DNA of 64,000 bases from Macrostomum lignano. Taxonomy: Eukaryota. The translations under genes were made by a program, and so were the position numbers. Of the stretch, positions 27,444 to 38,199 are shown in pieces. Under the pieces are notes generated by a model that saw only the letters and a list, made by a program, of their open reading frames with translations, was not told where the DNA came from and made no database searches. How positions within the stretch are numbered: position 1 is the stretch's first letter; each line of letters begins with the position of its first letter. The DNA lies in the NCBI GenBank assembly GCA_002269645.1, contig NIVC01002387.1:80872-144871 (forward strand). Reading direction: 5' to 3'.

Positions 27444-28943
27444 ATGTCCTCTCCTAACGAAGAAAGTGATGAGGCCTTGTCGCCCAATGGGGCTGCTGGC
27501 CAGGGCCAGCAGGTTTTACAGTTGCAGACAGAGAGTAGCACATCAACGCCACCTGAAGCTGGTGCCTCAAGCCAACAGGCTGCACAGGTTGGAGACACAA
27601 GTAGGGATGCGAAACCACCACATGGTATGGCAGACCAGTCAGACTTAAGTAAGGTCCTCCAGACTCTAACAATGATCCTAGAGAAAACTTGTGACAGAGA
27701 GGCGTCCGCAGCAGCTGAGAAACTTTCAAACTCGAGCCCAAAGCTACGACCACCACCACCCTTTCAACCCCAAATGAATTTCGAACTATGGGAGACACAG
27801 TTTCTGACTTATGTTGAAGCTCATCATGTCCCAACACCTCAGCAACCAGCTGTCCTATTGTCAATGCTCGCACCTGAGTGCCAAGAATTCATTTTTAACA
27901 ACTCTCTGCACCGCGAGTCCATTCAAACTGCACTAAAAAGTCTGAAAGATCGATTCACAGATTCGGGAACAGAACACAAAAGCTACTTAGAGCTTGCGGT
28001 TGCCGAACAGTTAAACTCGGAAACAACACAGGAGTTCTTTGACAGACTAACAAGACTATCAAAGTCTGCTAATCTTAAAAAACCTACCGCCGAACCCTTG
28101 GTGCGAGCTCGGTTTTGCTATGGTCTGAGAGATAAGGGTCTTGCTGAAAGACTGATCCTCCTGGGTCAAGAAAACCCAACATGGTCTGCTGAAGATTTAG
28201 CAAAAAAGGCCAGGGAAATTGCCGGTGTCAAGAAGCTCTTATCTAGTGAAGTAACTCCAGTCATCAGAGCTGCCGCCCCTGACAGAACAGCAGAATTAGA
28301 AGCCCGAATCCGCGAGCTTGAAAAACTAGTTCAACAGAATCAGACCACTCAGTCTTCAGATCATAATTCAAAAGATTTTCAGAACTTTCCTTCACAAGTG
28401 CCGCCTGTCAATCTGGGACAATCTGGCCAGTACAAGAACAGTAGTCGTTGGTCTAAATCCCCTAAGCGATGCAATCGGTGCAGCGACCATGACCATTTAA
28501 CTGCGGACTGCCCGAAACCACCGCCCTCCAATGGGGTAGGGGCAGGTGGAAGACCAACTGGTATGGCCCCAATGATGGAAATAGGAACCATAACGGTTTG
28601 GAAAGGTGGATTTGGCTTTATCCAGCCAAGTCAGATGCCAGACTCCCTCTTTTGCCATTATTCCAGCCTTGACAACGAGTTAAAGCAGGTTGCAAACAGC
28701 CATCAGTTAGTAGGCACAACTGTGCAATTCTTACGCCGAGCAGATCCTGGTCACAAACATGATAGAGCAGTAGGGGTCTGTCGCTACCAAATGCCTGTCC
28801 GATGTGACCAATCCTGGGCGGCCGATACTCCAGTCGAGTCTAGTATGTTTGTGCAGTTGGGAATTGGAGACAACAAGGTCACGCTTGCCTTGATTCAGGT
28901 TGCAATGCAAGCGTCATGGGCACCAAAGTCAGAGACCAACTGA
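27444..28943 (+). CDS. gag: Gag with CCHC zinc knuckle and cold-shock domain, running into the protease N-terminus
   Basis: Capsid-like region (FELWETQF...ETTQEFFDRL...FCYGLRD), CNRCSDHDHLTADC, and IGTITVWKGGFGFIQ...LFCHYSSL. Confidence 0.9.
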   Translation: MSSPNEESDEALSPNGAAGQGQQVLQLQTESSTSTPPEAGASSQQAAQVGDTSRDAKPPHGMADQSDLSKVLQTLTMILEKTCDREASAAAEKLSNSSPKLRPPPPFQPQMNFELWETQFLTYVEAHHVPTPQQPAVLLSMLAPECQEFIFNNSLHRESIQTALKSLKDRFTDSGTEHKSYLELAVAEQLNSETTQEFFDRLTRLSKSANLKKPTAEPLVRARFCYGLRDKGLAERLILLGQENPTWSAEDLAKKAREIAGVKKLLSSEVTPVIRAAAPDRTAELEARIRELEKLVQQNQTTQSSDHNSKDFQNFPSQVPPVNLGQSGQYKNSSRWSKSPKRCNRCSDHDHLTADCPKPPPSNGVGAGGRPTGMAPMMEIGTITVWKGGFGFIQPSQMPDSLFCHYSSLDNELKQVANSHQLVGTTVQFLRRADPGHKHDRAVGVCRYQMPVRCDQSWAADTPVESSMFVQLGIGDNKVTLALIQVAMQASWAPKSETN

Positions 28944-30481
28944 TTGCAAACGATCCAATCAACAATACATTTATTCCTGCTAGAAAATACCAAGCTGCAA
29001 CAGCATTTAATGGTACCTCGACACAGATTCTAGGCACCCTACACTGTGAAGTCAAGCTGGGCAAAATATCACAGACTCACGTGTTCCTAGTCACAGAAGG
29101 TCAAGTTACAGACGTCCTCTTAGGAATAGACTTTATGAGAGGTTTTAACGTGAACCTGCTTGTTGCAGATGGTCAGGTAACTGTAGCGGGCGAAGTGGTA
29201 CCTGTGATTGAAGGCGATCGGGGAGTCTTTCAAGCTCGCAGAGTCACTGCAGCTTGCAACGTGCAGTTACCCCCCAGATCAGAGACCATGGTGCCAAGCC
29301 GAGTCATTGGTGCAGATCCTGGCTCTCCTGGATTCCTGGGCACCAAGCTCTTTTGTTACGACTCGGAATTCTTTGTGGCTCATTCTGTGGATAGTGTGAG
29401 CACCACTGGTCATGTCCTGGTACGCCTATTGAATAGTGGCAACCAGCCGTCCGAAATTGCTGCGGGACAGGAGATCGCCTCCTTTCAAAGCTTAAGAGTT
29501 GGTGAGACCATCTCGCACACTGCTCTCACCGAGAAGGACTTCTCAGTTAGCAGTTCCAAAGATCTGGGAACCAAGCTTGCTAAACTTCCTGACCCTGATC
29601 TTGGCACAGCATCTTGGCTAAAGAAGCAGTTCAAACTAGAAGAGTCCACCCTGTCAGAAACCCAGTTGACAGTAACATTAAAACTGTTAAACTATTTCCT
29701 CAGTGCGATATCTAAAAGTGACACGGATTTAGGGAAAACACACCTTCACGAGATGGCTATTGAGCTCAACGAACCAACCTGCCGACCCATCTCGCAACCC
29801 TCAAGACGCACAACATCAGCGCAAAAAGAATTTTTAGATCGGCACATAAACCAGCTAATTGAACAAGGAGTAATCGAAGAAAGCAACTCAGAATGGGCTT
29901 CTCCCATAGTCTTAGTTAGGAAAAAAGACGGCTCGCAGCGCCTTTGCATTGATTACCGTAGTGTCAACAAAGTCATAAAACCGTGCACCTTTCCGCTGCC
30001 TCTAATAGATGAGTCCTTTGATAGCTTAGCGGGGTCAAAGGTATTCTCAAGTTTAGATCTTACATCTGCCTACTGGCAGGTAGGTATCCGAGAACAGGAC
30101 CGTGATCTCACGGCCTTCACATGTCCCCAGGGGACCTATCGCTGGAAAGTTGTCCCATTCGGGATAAAAACAGCCCCAGCGAACTTTGCCAAGTTGATGC
30201 ACAAAGTTTTCCGACCTTTATTAATGCGCGTCAGCCTCATCTACTTGGACGACATCATTATAAAAGCCAGAGACAATGACGAAATGATCGTCCACCTGGC
30301 CCTTGTCCTTTGGCAACTTAAAAAGGCCAATCTAAAAATCAAGCCATCGAAATGTGAACTTTTTAAGGATCGAGTTCGTTTCTTAGGATTCGTCGTCTCC
30401 TCCCAGGGCATAGAAGCAGATCCGACTAAGATCGACGCTGTTAGAAACTGGTGCAAGCCAACAGACAAAGGCAATTACTAG
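28880..30481 (+). CDS. pol: Pol part 1: aspartic protease (LDSG), dUTPase-like linker, reverse transcriptase
   Basis: The -1 frame at ~28883 gives CLDSGCNAS. RT motifs WASPIVLVRKKDGSQRLCIDYR, LDLTSAYWQV, PFGIKTAPANF and YLDD. ORF track 28916-30481. Confidence 0.92.
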   Translation, partial: HACLDSGCNASVMGTKVRDQLIANDPINNTFIPARKYQAATAFNGTSTQILGTLHCEVKLGKISQTHVFLVTEGQVTDVLLGIDFMRGFNVNLLVADGQVTVAGEVVPVIEGDRGVFQARRVTAACNVQLPPRSETMVPSRVIGADPGSPGFLGTKLFCYDSEFFVAHSVDSVSTTGHVLVRLLNSGNQPSEIAAGQEIASFQSLRVGETISHTALTEKDFSVSSSKDLGTKLAKLPDPDLGTASWLKKQFKLEESTLSETQLTVTLKLLNYFLSAISKSDTDLGKTHLHEMAIELNEPTCRPISQPSRRTTSAQKEFLDRHINQLIEQGVIEESNSEWASPIVLVRKKDGSQRLCIDYRSVNKVIKPCTFPLPLIDESFDSLAGSKVFSSLDLTSAYWQVGIREQDRDLTAFTCPQGTYRWKVVPFGIKTAPANFAKLMHKVFRPLLMRVSLIYLDDIIIKARDNDEMIVHLALVLWQLKKANLKIKPSKCELFKDRVRFLGFVVSSQGIEADPTKIDAVRNWCKPTDKGNY

Positions 30482-33400
30482 CTTTCTTGGATTCGCGAAT
30501 TACTACAGGAAATTTGTAGCTCGATTTTCTGTAATCGCATCTCCTCTGTATTCGTTGGCCAAAGGGTCATCAAAATTCTGCTGGCTCGAACATCACGACA
30601 GAGCATTTGAAGAGTTGAAGGCCAATTTATGTGCTCCTCCAGTTCTAGCATATCCTGACCTCAAGCCGTCAGCTGGGCCCTTCATCTTGGACTGTGACTC
30701 CTCGCTCGAAGGAGTTGGTGGAGTATTGTCACAAGAAGGCCCAGATGGACAAGAGCACGTTGTGGCGTACGCGTCCAAGAAATTCACGCACTCCCAGCGG
30801 AACTATTGTGCTACTATGCGCGAACTACTTGGCTTGGTCATTATGTTAGAACACTTCAGAACGTACCTCTTGGACCGCAGTTTTCTGGTGCGTTCCGATG
30901 CAGCAGCCTTGCAGTGGCTGCACACCAAAAAACATAGCACGGGCATGCTAGCTCAGTGGCTGGCAACCATTGACGTCTACAACTTTAAGGTATGTCAGAC
31001 ACCACTGGAACGACTTGCGGAGTATGACTTCTCAGTGGAGCATCGTCCTGGCCGTGATCATGTTAACGCGGATATGCTCAGCCGCAACCCCAGGTTTAGG
31101 TCAGATCACCATGACTGCCCAACGTGCAGCAAAATCCCTGCTTTCCAAGACAAATTTAGGAAGTTGGAGGAGCAAAGGTGCCAGGACGAGGATGAGGATA
31201 CAGACAGCATGCCCGCTGTGCAGCTGAGAACAGCACAAATAGACGCTTGCTGCCAGACGGAGCCCCACCAATCAAACCAAGAGCCGAAGTATCCTTCCGA
31301 GATTTTGACCAGCCATGAAGGGTCGGATGAGGTCAGAAGCCATCGGTCCCTTAGCTTGCCTTCGACAGCCCAGGAACCGGACCCGGAGGGAGAAACATCT
31401 GAGGATGAGATGTCAGAAAATTCCGAGAATCTATGGGCTAGAGAAGCTCAAGAATCTAGCACAGATCTCGTGAGATTGATTGAGGCCGTTGAAGGGAAAT
31501 CTCCAAGACTAACTAAGGTTGAAGTCCAGGACTGCAGTCGTGAAATTCGAACGCTTTGGGCCATGTTTGACGAACTCGAGGTTGTAAATGGCCTTCTGAC
31601 TCGCGTCAAACCCGCTAAGCAGGGCCAAGTCAGTCAGCGACTCATAATCATACCAGAGACAGCAGATGTTGATGAGCTAGTTTCCTGCTATCACAGAGAC
31701 ATTAATCACTGCGGAATCAACAAAACAGTCCGGGCCTTAAAACAAAGGTTCCAAATCACAAACCTCGAAGTATTCGTGAAGGGAATCATTGCTGAATGCG
31801 AGGTATGCTGCCGCACTAAGAAAAACAAACGGAAGAATAAAGAACCATTAGAACCAATTTTATCAGGCTATCCAAATCAAATTGTGCACGTTGACCACGC
31901 AGGGCCTTTCCCAGAGCAGGAGGGCAACCGTTACTTGCTGGTGCTAGTAGATAACTTTTCTGGGTATGTAGAGATCGTGCCTGTACCAGACGTCTCGGCC
32001 GCAACTACCGCCACAGTTATACTAACCGAGTGGATAGTTCGATATGGCACTATGGAGAAACTTGTTTCGGATAATGGCACGGCCTTCATAAATAAAACGG
32101 TAGCGGAGCTCACCAGACTACTTGAAATAGACATGGCACGTATCACCGCACACAGGCCGCAATCAAACGGTAAAGCGGAAAGGACCATACAATCAATCAA
32201 AGCGCAGATTCGTGCAATTTGCCTTGAAAAAAGAGTCAATTGGGTCTATGCAGCTCGTTTGGCCGGTCTTTCAATCCGGACGACTGTGGCCGAATCCACA
32301 GGCTGGACCCCAGCCAGGCTCTTTTTCGGTCGGGAACTTGTGCTGCCTCTAGACCTGCTGTTCAACCCGCCAAGGCACGACAGGTATGATCCAGACTGTT
32401 ATGCACACAAGCTGCACAAACTATTGGTGGAGGTATCGGCGATCGCCCGCATGGAGCGAGGTAAGGCCCAACAGAGGCAAAAGCGGAATTATGATCGTAA
32501 TACCATTCACTCCAACTTCGAAATCGGAGAACTGGTGTGGGTACTCAACCCCGACCATCGGGGATTAGACTCAGCCGTCTGGTTAGGGCCATAAAAAGTA
32601 GTTCAAAAGGTTTCTGAGCGAAACTACCGCCTCATTCCCGAATTCGCTCGCATCAATCCAATCTGCCAAACACCAAATCCGAGTCATAACATCTACAACG
32701 TAGACCGAATGAAGCGGTGTATCCGCAAGCAAACGTACCAAGATATCGCCGACCGGTTCGAACTCAGGGTCCCAGCTCTGATTCCACCTTCGAGATTAGG
32801 CCAACTGGATGATCAATCCGAGTCTCGCAGTGACTCCTGGGGTTCATCGGCCACTACCTGCAGTGAGCCGGAACCAGAAGCTGAAGTCCCCAACACACAG
32901 GATGACGAAGCGCCTGATCCACCGCACACATCAGCGCCTGATCCACCACACACACCAGCGCCTGATCCACCGCGCACATTAGCGCCTGATCCACCGCACA
33001 CATCAGCGCCTGATCCACCGCACACATCAGCGCCTGATCCACCGCACACATCAGCGCCTGATCCACCGCACACATCAGCGCCTGATCCACCGCATCCACC
33101 AGCGCCTGATCCACCGCACACATCAGCGCCTGATCCACCGCACACATCAGCGCCTGATCCACCGCGCACATCAGCGCCTGATCCACCGCACCCACCAGCG
33201 CCTGATCCACCGCGCACATCAGCGCCTGATCCACCGCACCCATCAGCGCCTGATCCACCGCACCCATCAGCGCCTGATCCACCGCGCACAGTAGCGCCTG
33301 ATTTTCTGTGCACATCGTCGCCTGATCGTTTAGCACGAAACCAGTCGCCAAGCTTGCCTAGCGCTTTCGTAGAAGTGGCAGACTCGGGGAATCTGCAACA

Positions 33401-33740
33401 GGATTACCAGGTACCTGAAATTGGTGCAGAAGTGGAAGTACCGCAAAACAACACAGAAGAACAGCTGCCAGAATCTCCAGTCCATGAAAGCAGCACTACC
33501 ATGCCTGCAATGGACGGCTTGCGGCCAGAAAGTCCAACGAGTGGCAGCCATTGTAGTCAAGAGACACCACCAGCGCAAGATACCGTGGATAGTGATAAAG
33601 TGGAAGCATTTCCAGCTGGTCCAGTCACTACGCCGATTACGACGACCCGTTCCGGCCGTCTGGTGCGTAAGCCTCAGCGTTTCTTGAACACTATAGTGCG
33701 TCTGTGTTCGAGGAACGGACATTTAAGCAACAGCGCCTAG
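30470..33740 (+). CDS. pol: Pol part 2: RNase H, integrase (HHCC, DDE, GPY) and long C-terminal tail; one in-frame TAA at 32592-32594
   Basis: FILDCDS, YASKKF...YCATMRELL, H...HCGINKT...CEVC, VHVDHAGP, SDNGTAF, NGKAERTIQ, GP*KVVQKVSERNYRL, then TRSGRLVRKPQRF at the end. Confidence 0.9.
32911..33300 (+). repeat. 24-bp coding tandem repeat (APDPPHTS)n in the Pol tail
   Basis: About 16 in-frame copies of gcgcctgatccaccgcacacatca. Confidence 0.95.
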
Positions 33741-34116
33741 CGTTTAACCTTAATGGGGCTTACTTGGGGTCATTGCTCACTACTAATGATTTTTAACTGA
33801 CAAAAAAAACTTTTTAAAAAATCCAAAAAATATTGAAATGGAAATATTCGAATACGACATGCAGCAGTCGTTAAAGTAACCATGAAAAGGTAAATTTGAG
33901 TTTTCAGTTTTCAGTGCTGGTGGTCTGCTTTGGTTTTCACACATATCGTTTGCCCTTGGCTGTGTTGCGGGCTATCGTTGCTGCAACGCTCTAAGCCTGG
34001 TGTGAAACTTTCCTAGCTTTCTTGTGCCTTTCCACCTTAGGTTCTTTTCTTTCGTCTTTGGGGGGGGGGGTTCTGCAGTTGTAGTTATTAGGGGGGGGGG
34101 GGGATCGGTCTCCTGC

Positions 34117-34881
34117 CAGCCACCATCGGCCGCCTGCCGGCTACCATCGGCCTCCTGCCGGCTACCATCGGCCTCCTGCCGGCTACCATCGGCCTCCTGC
34201 CGGCTACCATCGGCCTCCTGCCGGCCACCATCGGCCTGCTCCTGCCGGCTACCATCGGCCTCCTGCTGGCTACCATCGGCCTCCTGCCGGCTACCATTGG
34301 CCTCCTGCTGGCTACCATCGGCCTCCTGCCGGCTACCATCGGCCTCCTGCTGCCTACCATCGGCCTCCTGCTGGCTACCATCGGCCTCCTGCTGGCTACC
34401 ATCGGCCTCCTGCCGGCTACCATCGGCCTCCTGCCGGCCACCATCGGCCTGCTCCTGCCGGCTACCATCGGCCTGCTCCTGCCGGCTACCATCGGCCTCC
34501 TGCTGGCTACCATCGGCCTCCTGCCGGCTACCATCGGCCTCCTGCCGGCTACCATCGGCCTCCTGCCGGCTACCATCGGCCTCCTGCCGGCTACCATCGG
34601 CCTGCTCCTGCCGGCTACCATCGGCCTGCTCCTGCCGGCTACCATCGGCCTCCTGCTGGCTACCATCGGCCTCCTGCTGGCTACCATCGGCCTCCTGCCG
34701 GCTACCATCGGCCTCCTGCCGGCTACCATCGGCCTCCTGCCGGCTACCATCGGCCTCCTGCCGGCCACCATCGGCCTGCTCCTGCCGGCTACCATCGGCC
34801 TCCTGCCGGCTACCATCGGCCTCCTGCTGGCTACCATCGGCCTCCTGCCGGCTACCATCGGCCTCCTGCCGGCTACCATCG
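34117..34881 (+). repeat. 21/24-bp GC-rich minisatellite (CCGGCTACCATCGGCCTCCTG)n in the retroelement 3' UTR
   Basis: About 35 copies between the pol stop and the PPT. Confidence 0.95.
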
Positions 34882-35160
34882 GTCTCCTTTGGCGTTTCGT
34901 TCGCTCGTATGTCTTAATTCACTTTTGATTCCTTCTGACCGTTTGTCTCTCAATTAATTTTTCGCGAATATACAATAGTTATATTACTGAATGTTATATC
35001 GTTACTTATTGCTTAATCGATCGTCTACTGCTTTTATTCCCAACCAATATTTGTGGAGTTCGAGTACGCTCAAATAACAACTTTCGTTGACATTTTATTA
35101 CATTTTAAGCCCTGTTATTTTCGAATTCATAAGATCGCCAGGCCGTTCCCTAATTTTTGC

Positions 35161-35173
35161 GGAAAGGGGCGGA
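35161..35173 (+). promoter_or_regulatory. Polypurine tract
   Basis: ggaaaggggcgga directly before the 3' LTR. Confidence 0.85.
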
Positions 35174-35625
35174 TGTAACGTCGTCGCTTCTGTATTGAAA
35201 ATGTTCAATTTCGTATTTATGGTTTTTGCAATTAATATTTAAAACTATATCTATTTTGGTCTAATGTTTGTAACTATTTTTTAGTTACTTTCATCATTTG
35301 GTTTAATTTTGTTTTTTCTATTTTCAATTAGTGCGGTTATTCAAATTTTGCTTCTTGATAGTTTTTGTGTATTGTCTTGCGCTCTGTGTGTTGGTCTTAG
35401 TTCCCGTAGGCTTGGTGGCATTAGCATTATATTATCGTCTCAGATTACCCTTTGGTAAATAGTTGGCATTGCCATACTGCTTCTGACCTACTCACCATTA
35501 TTCAGACTAGCAATTGAGTTGTTAAATTAATAATACGTATATTGGCCTAGGACAAGATCAACACTCAGACTCAGCACACGCACGCGCATCGGTCCCATGT
35601 TCTCGAACTAAATAAACTCGTCACA
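35174..35625 (+). repeat. 3' LTR
   Basis: 452 bp, same sequence as the 5' LTR, followed by ATTT. Confidence 0.97.
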
Positions 35626-37214
35626 ATTTGGAAGTGTTTTTTTATACATTTGAATCTGCTACATAATCATTCAATCGTTTCAGTGATTCCGGGACATCAA
35701 GTATAGCTTCTTTGATTAGAATTCAACTCAAGAGTTTCTACTCCACCCTGTAACCTTGGTATTTCATTTGATAGCTAAAGTTCACGAATCACGCATTTGG
35801 AAAACTCTCTTTAAAAAGCTTTTAAGTCGTCAGCCAATGTGCTCATCTCAAATTAGTACCTCAATATCCACGAAAACTCAATTTAAGTTGCGGAAAGAGA
35901 CGTAAGAAAGCAAGAAAGCAAATATAGAGTACTATTTTTTTATTTAAACAATAAAAAACACAAATAAATATCTAAAATAAATACCTTACTCTCTGAAAAT
36001 AACGTTTTGTTTATGTATGTGTATTCATTAGAAAAAATCCGGAAAATTAAAACTCATCTTTTTTATTACTTAACAGTTTGAATTTTTTTAAGAACGAAAC
36101 TTTTACCCAGAGTAATAAATGTCACATAATACGATATTTTAGCAGTTAAGTATGCACCCAAATAATATACTCGTTTTTTATTTTACATGCTTTCTAATTT
36201 CTATGGATAAGATACACATACAGCATCGAGCTAATTTATTTAAATGTTAAATGATTTTAAACGAAAAGCATACCATAAATGTAAAATACGTTGGAATACA
36301 GTGGAATACGGTGGTTTAGCTAATGACGACTTGAGCAAAGAGTAGGGAAACCTCAGCTTGTTTCTTCGAAAACTTTTAAAGGGCTTTTATTATAGCGCGC
36401 TGTTTTGCGCGAAAATTATACTACGGAGAAAAATTTTATTTCTTTTTTCCTGCAAAGAATGTGTAAAGTTATACAAATATCATTTATAAAAAGTTTTGCC
36501 AAATCAATGAGCAATGTTATACTAAAAATATCAGCCCCTTCGATCTACTTCCCATAAAAAACATATGGCAATTTTTGTGCCTAAATACTTTAAATGTATT
36601 ATGTACATGTGTACATGTAAAATACTTTACACATGTACAAATGTACATGTACGTATCTCCGTAGTGTCTTTTAGGGAAATCCCAGCCCCAAAAATTTCTA
36701 AGAAGTTCCTAAGTTCTAATTCCTAAGTTCTTCCTAATTCCTAATTTGTAATTTGTAATTTCTAAGTTCCTAATTTCTAAAAAGTTCCTTCGACTTAAGT
36801 CGCCCTTTAGATCCTAGCTAGGTTCTTCGCATTACTGTAAATTGGTGCACGTAGTTTAGTATTTGTGCTTATACACTGATATCTTTAGCTGTTTATACAC
36901 GTAAACGTACTCTATTGAAAACACCTCGTCACCAGAAAAATTACATACCTTAACACCTAAACATGTATAATTGTCTGTGCTTGAGAAGCTGCTTGAGCTT
37001 GTAAAAGTATATTATCTTTCAGCGTACACACGTCGTTATTCGTACATTACTAGCAATCTTTGCCCCCCGATGGGGGACATCTGGATAGAATCCTTGTTCT
37101 TTACAAATAACAAATAGACAGCAAAAAAAGCCTTCATAAAAAAACAACAGACATTCCCTCTTAAAAACAAAACATCCCAAGACAGCAAGCATCCTCAGAC
37201 AGCATTCAAGCATC

Positions 37215-37960
37215 GATCCCCAAATAGCAAGCATCCCCCAGACTGCAAGCATCCCCCAGACTGCAAGCATCCCCCAGACTTCAAGCATCCCCCAGATAGC
37301 AAGCATCCCCCCGATAGAAAGCAACCCCAGATAGCAAGCATCCCCCCGATAGAAAGCAACCCCAGATAGCAAGCATCCCCCCGATAGAAAGCAACCCCAG
37401 ATAGCAAGCATCCCCCCGATAGAAAGCAACCCCAGATAGCAAGCATCCCCCGATAGAAAGCAACCCCAGATAGCAAGCATCCCCCGATAGAAAGCAACCC
37501 CAGATAGCAAGCATCCCCCCGATAGAAAGCAACCCCAGATAGCAAGCATCCCCCAGATAGCAAGCATTCCCCCAGACCCCAGATAGTAAGCATCCCCCAG
37601 ATAGCAAGCATCCCCCAGATAGCAAGCATCCCCCAGATAGCAAGCATCCCCCAGATAGCAAGCATCCCCCAGATAGCAAGCATTCCCCCAGACCCCAGAT
37701 AGTAAGCATCCCCCAGATAGCAAGCATCCCCCAGATAGCAAGCATCCCCCAGATAGCAAGCATCCCCCAGATAGCAAGCATCCCCCAGATAGCAAGCATC
37801 CCCCAGATACCAAGCATTCCCCCAGACCCCAGATAGTAAGCATCCCCCAGATAGCAAGCATCCCCCAGATAGCAAGCATCCCCCAGATAGCAAGCATCCC
37901 CCAGATAGCAAGCATCCCCCAGATCGCAAGAATCCCCCAGACAGCAAGCAAACCCTGATA
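37215..37960 (+). repeat. 18-bp minisatellite (CCCCCAGATAGCAAGCAT)n with a ~35-bp dimer variant
   Basis: Direct tandem repetition. Confidence 0.95.
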
Positions 37961-38199
37961 GCAAGCATAACCTGGATACAAAGAGACCTTATAGATATCT
38001 AGCAACCCCCTCTCAGATAGCAAGTACTCTCCACCCCCAAGAGCAAGCATCCCCCTGATAGCAAGTATCCATCCTTAAATAGCAAGCATCCACCAGAGAA
38101 CAAGTAGCTAGTGCAACAATTTCCTTAGCTTTATAATGGTTCCATTTTGTTTGGCATGACACTTCTTTTTATGTTTGAAATGGTGTCTCTTTTTTTAAA

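Larger units (their letters stand above)
26352..35625 (+). mobile_element. Full-length Ty3/Gypsy LTR retrotransposon (9.27 kb)
   Basis: Two 452-bp TG...CA LTRs, ATTT target-site duplication (26348-26351 and 35626-35629), PBS, PPT, and gag-PR-RT-RH-IN domain order. Confidence 0.97.

Noticed and set aside
28860-28943. Programmed -1 ribosomal frameshift between gag and pol
   Set aside because: No X XXY YYZ slippery heptamer, and the shift falls within the protease just before LDSG; a 1-nt deletion explains it better.
32813-33351. Antisense ORFs (GGSGADVC / AVDQALMC) as an env-like or accessory gene
   Set aside because: They are reverse translations of the 24-bp coding repeat, with no signal peptide or TM features.
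36419-36666. Possible CACTA-type MITE (TACTACGGAGA ... TCTCCGTAGTG)
   Set aside because: Only an 11-bp inverted repeat with a mismatch and no TSD.
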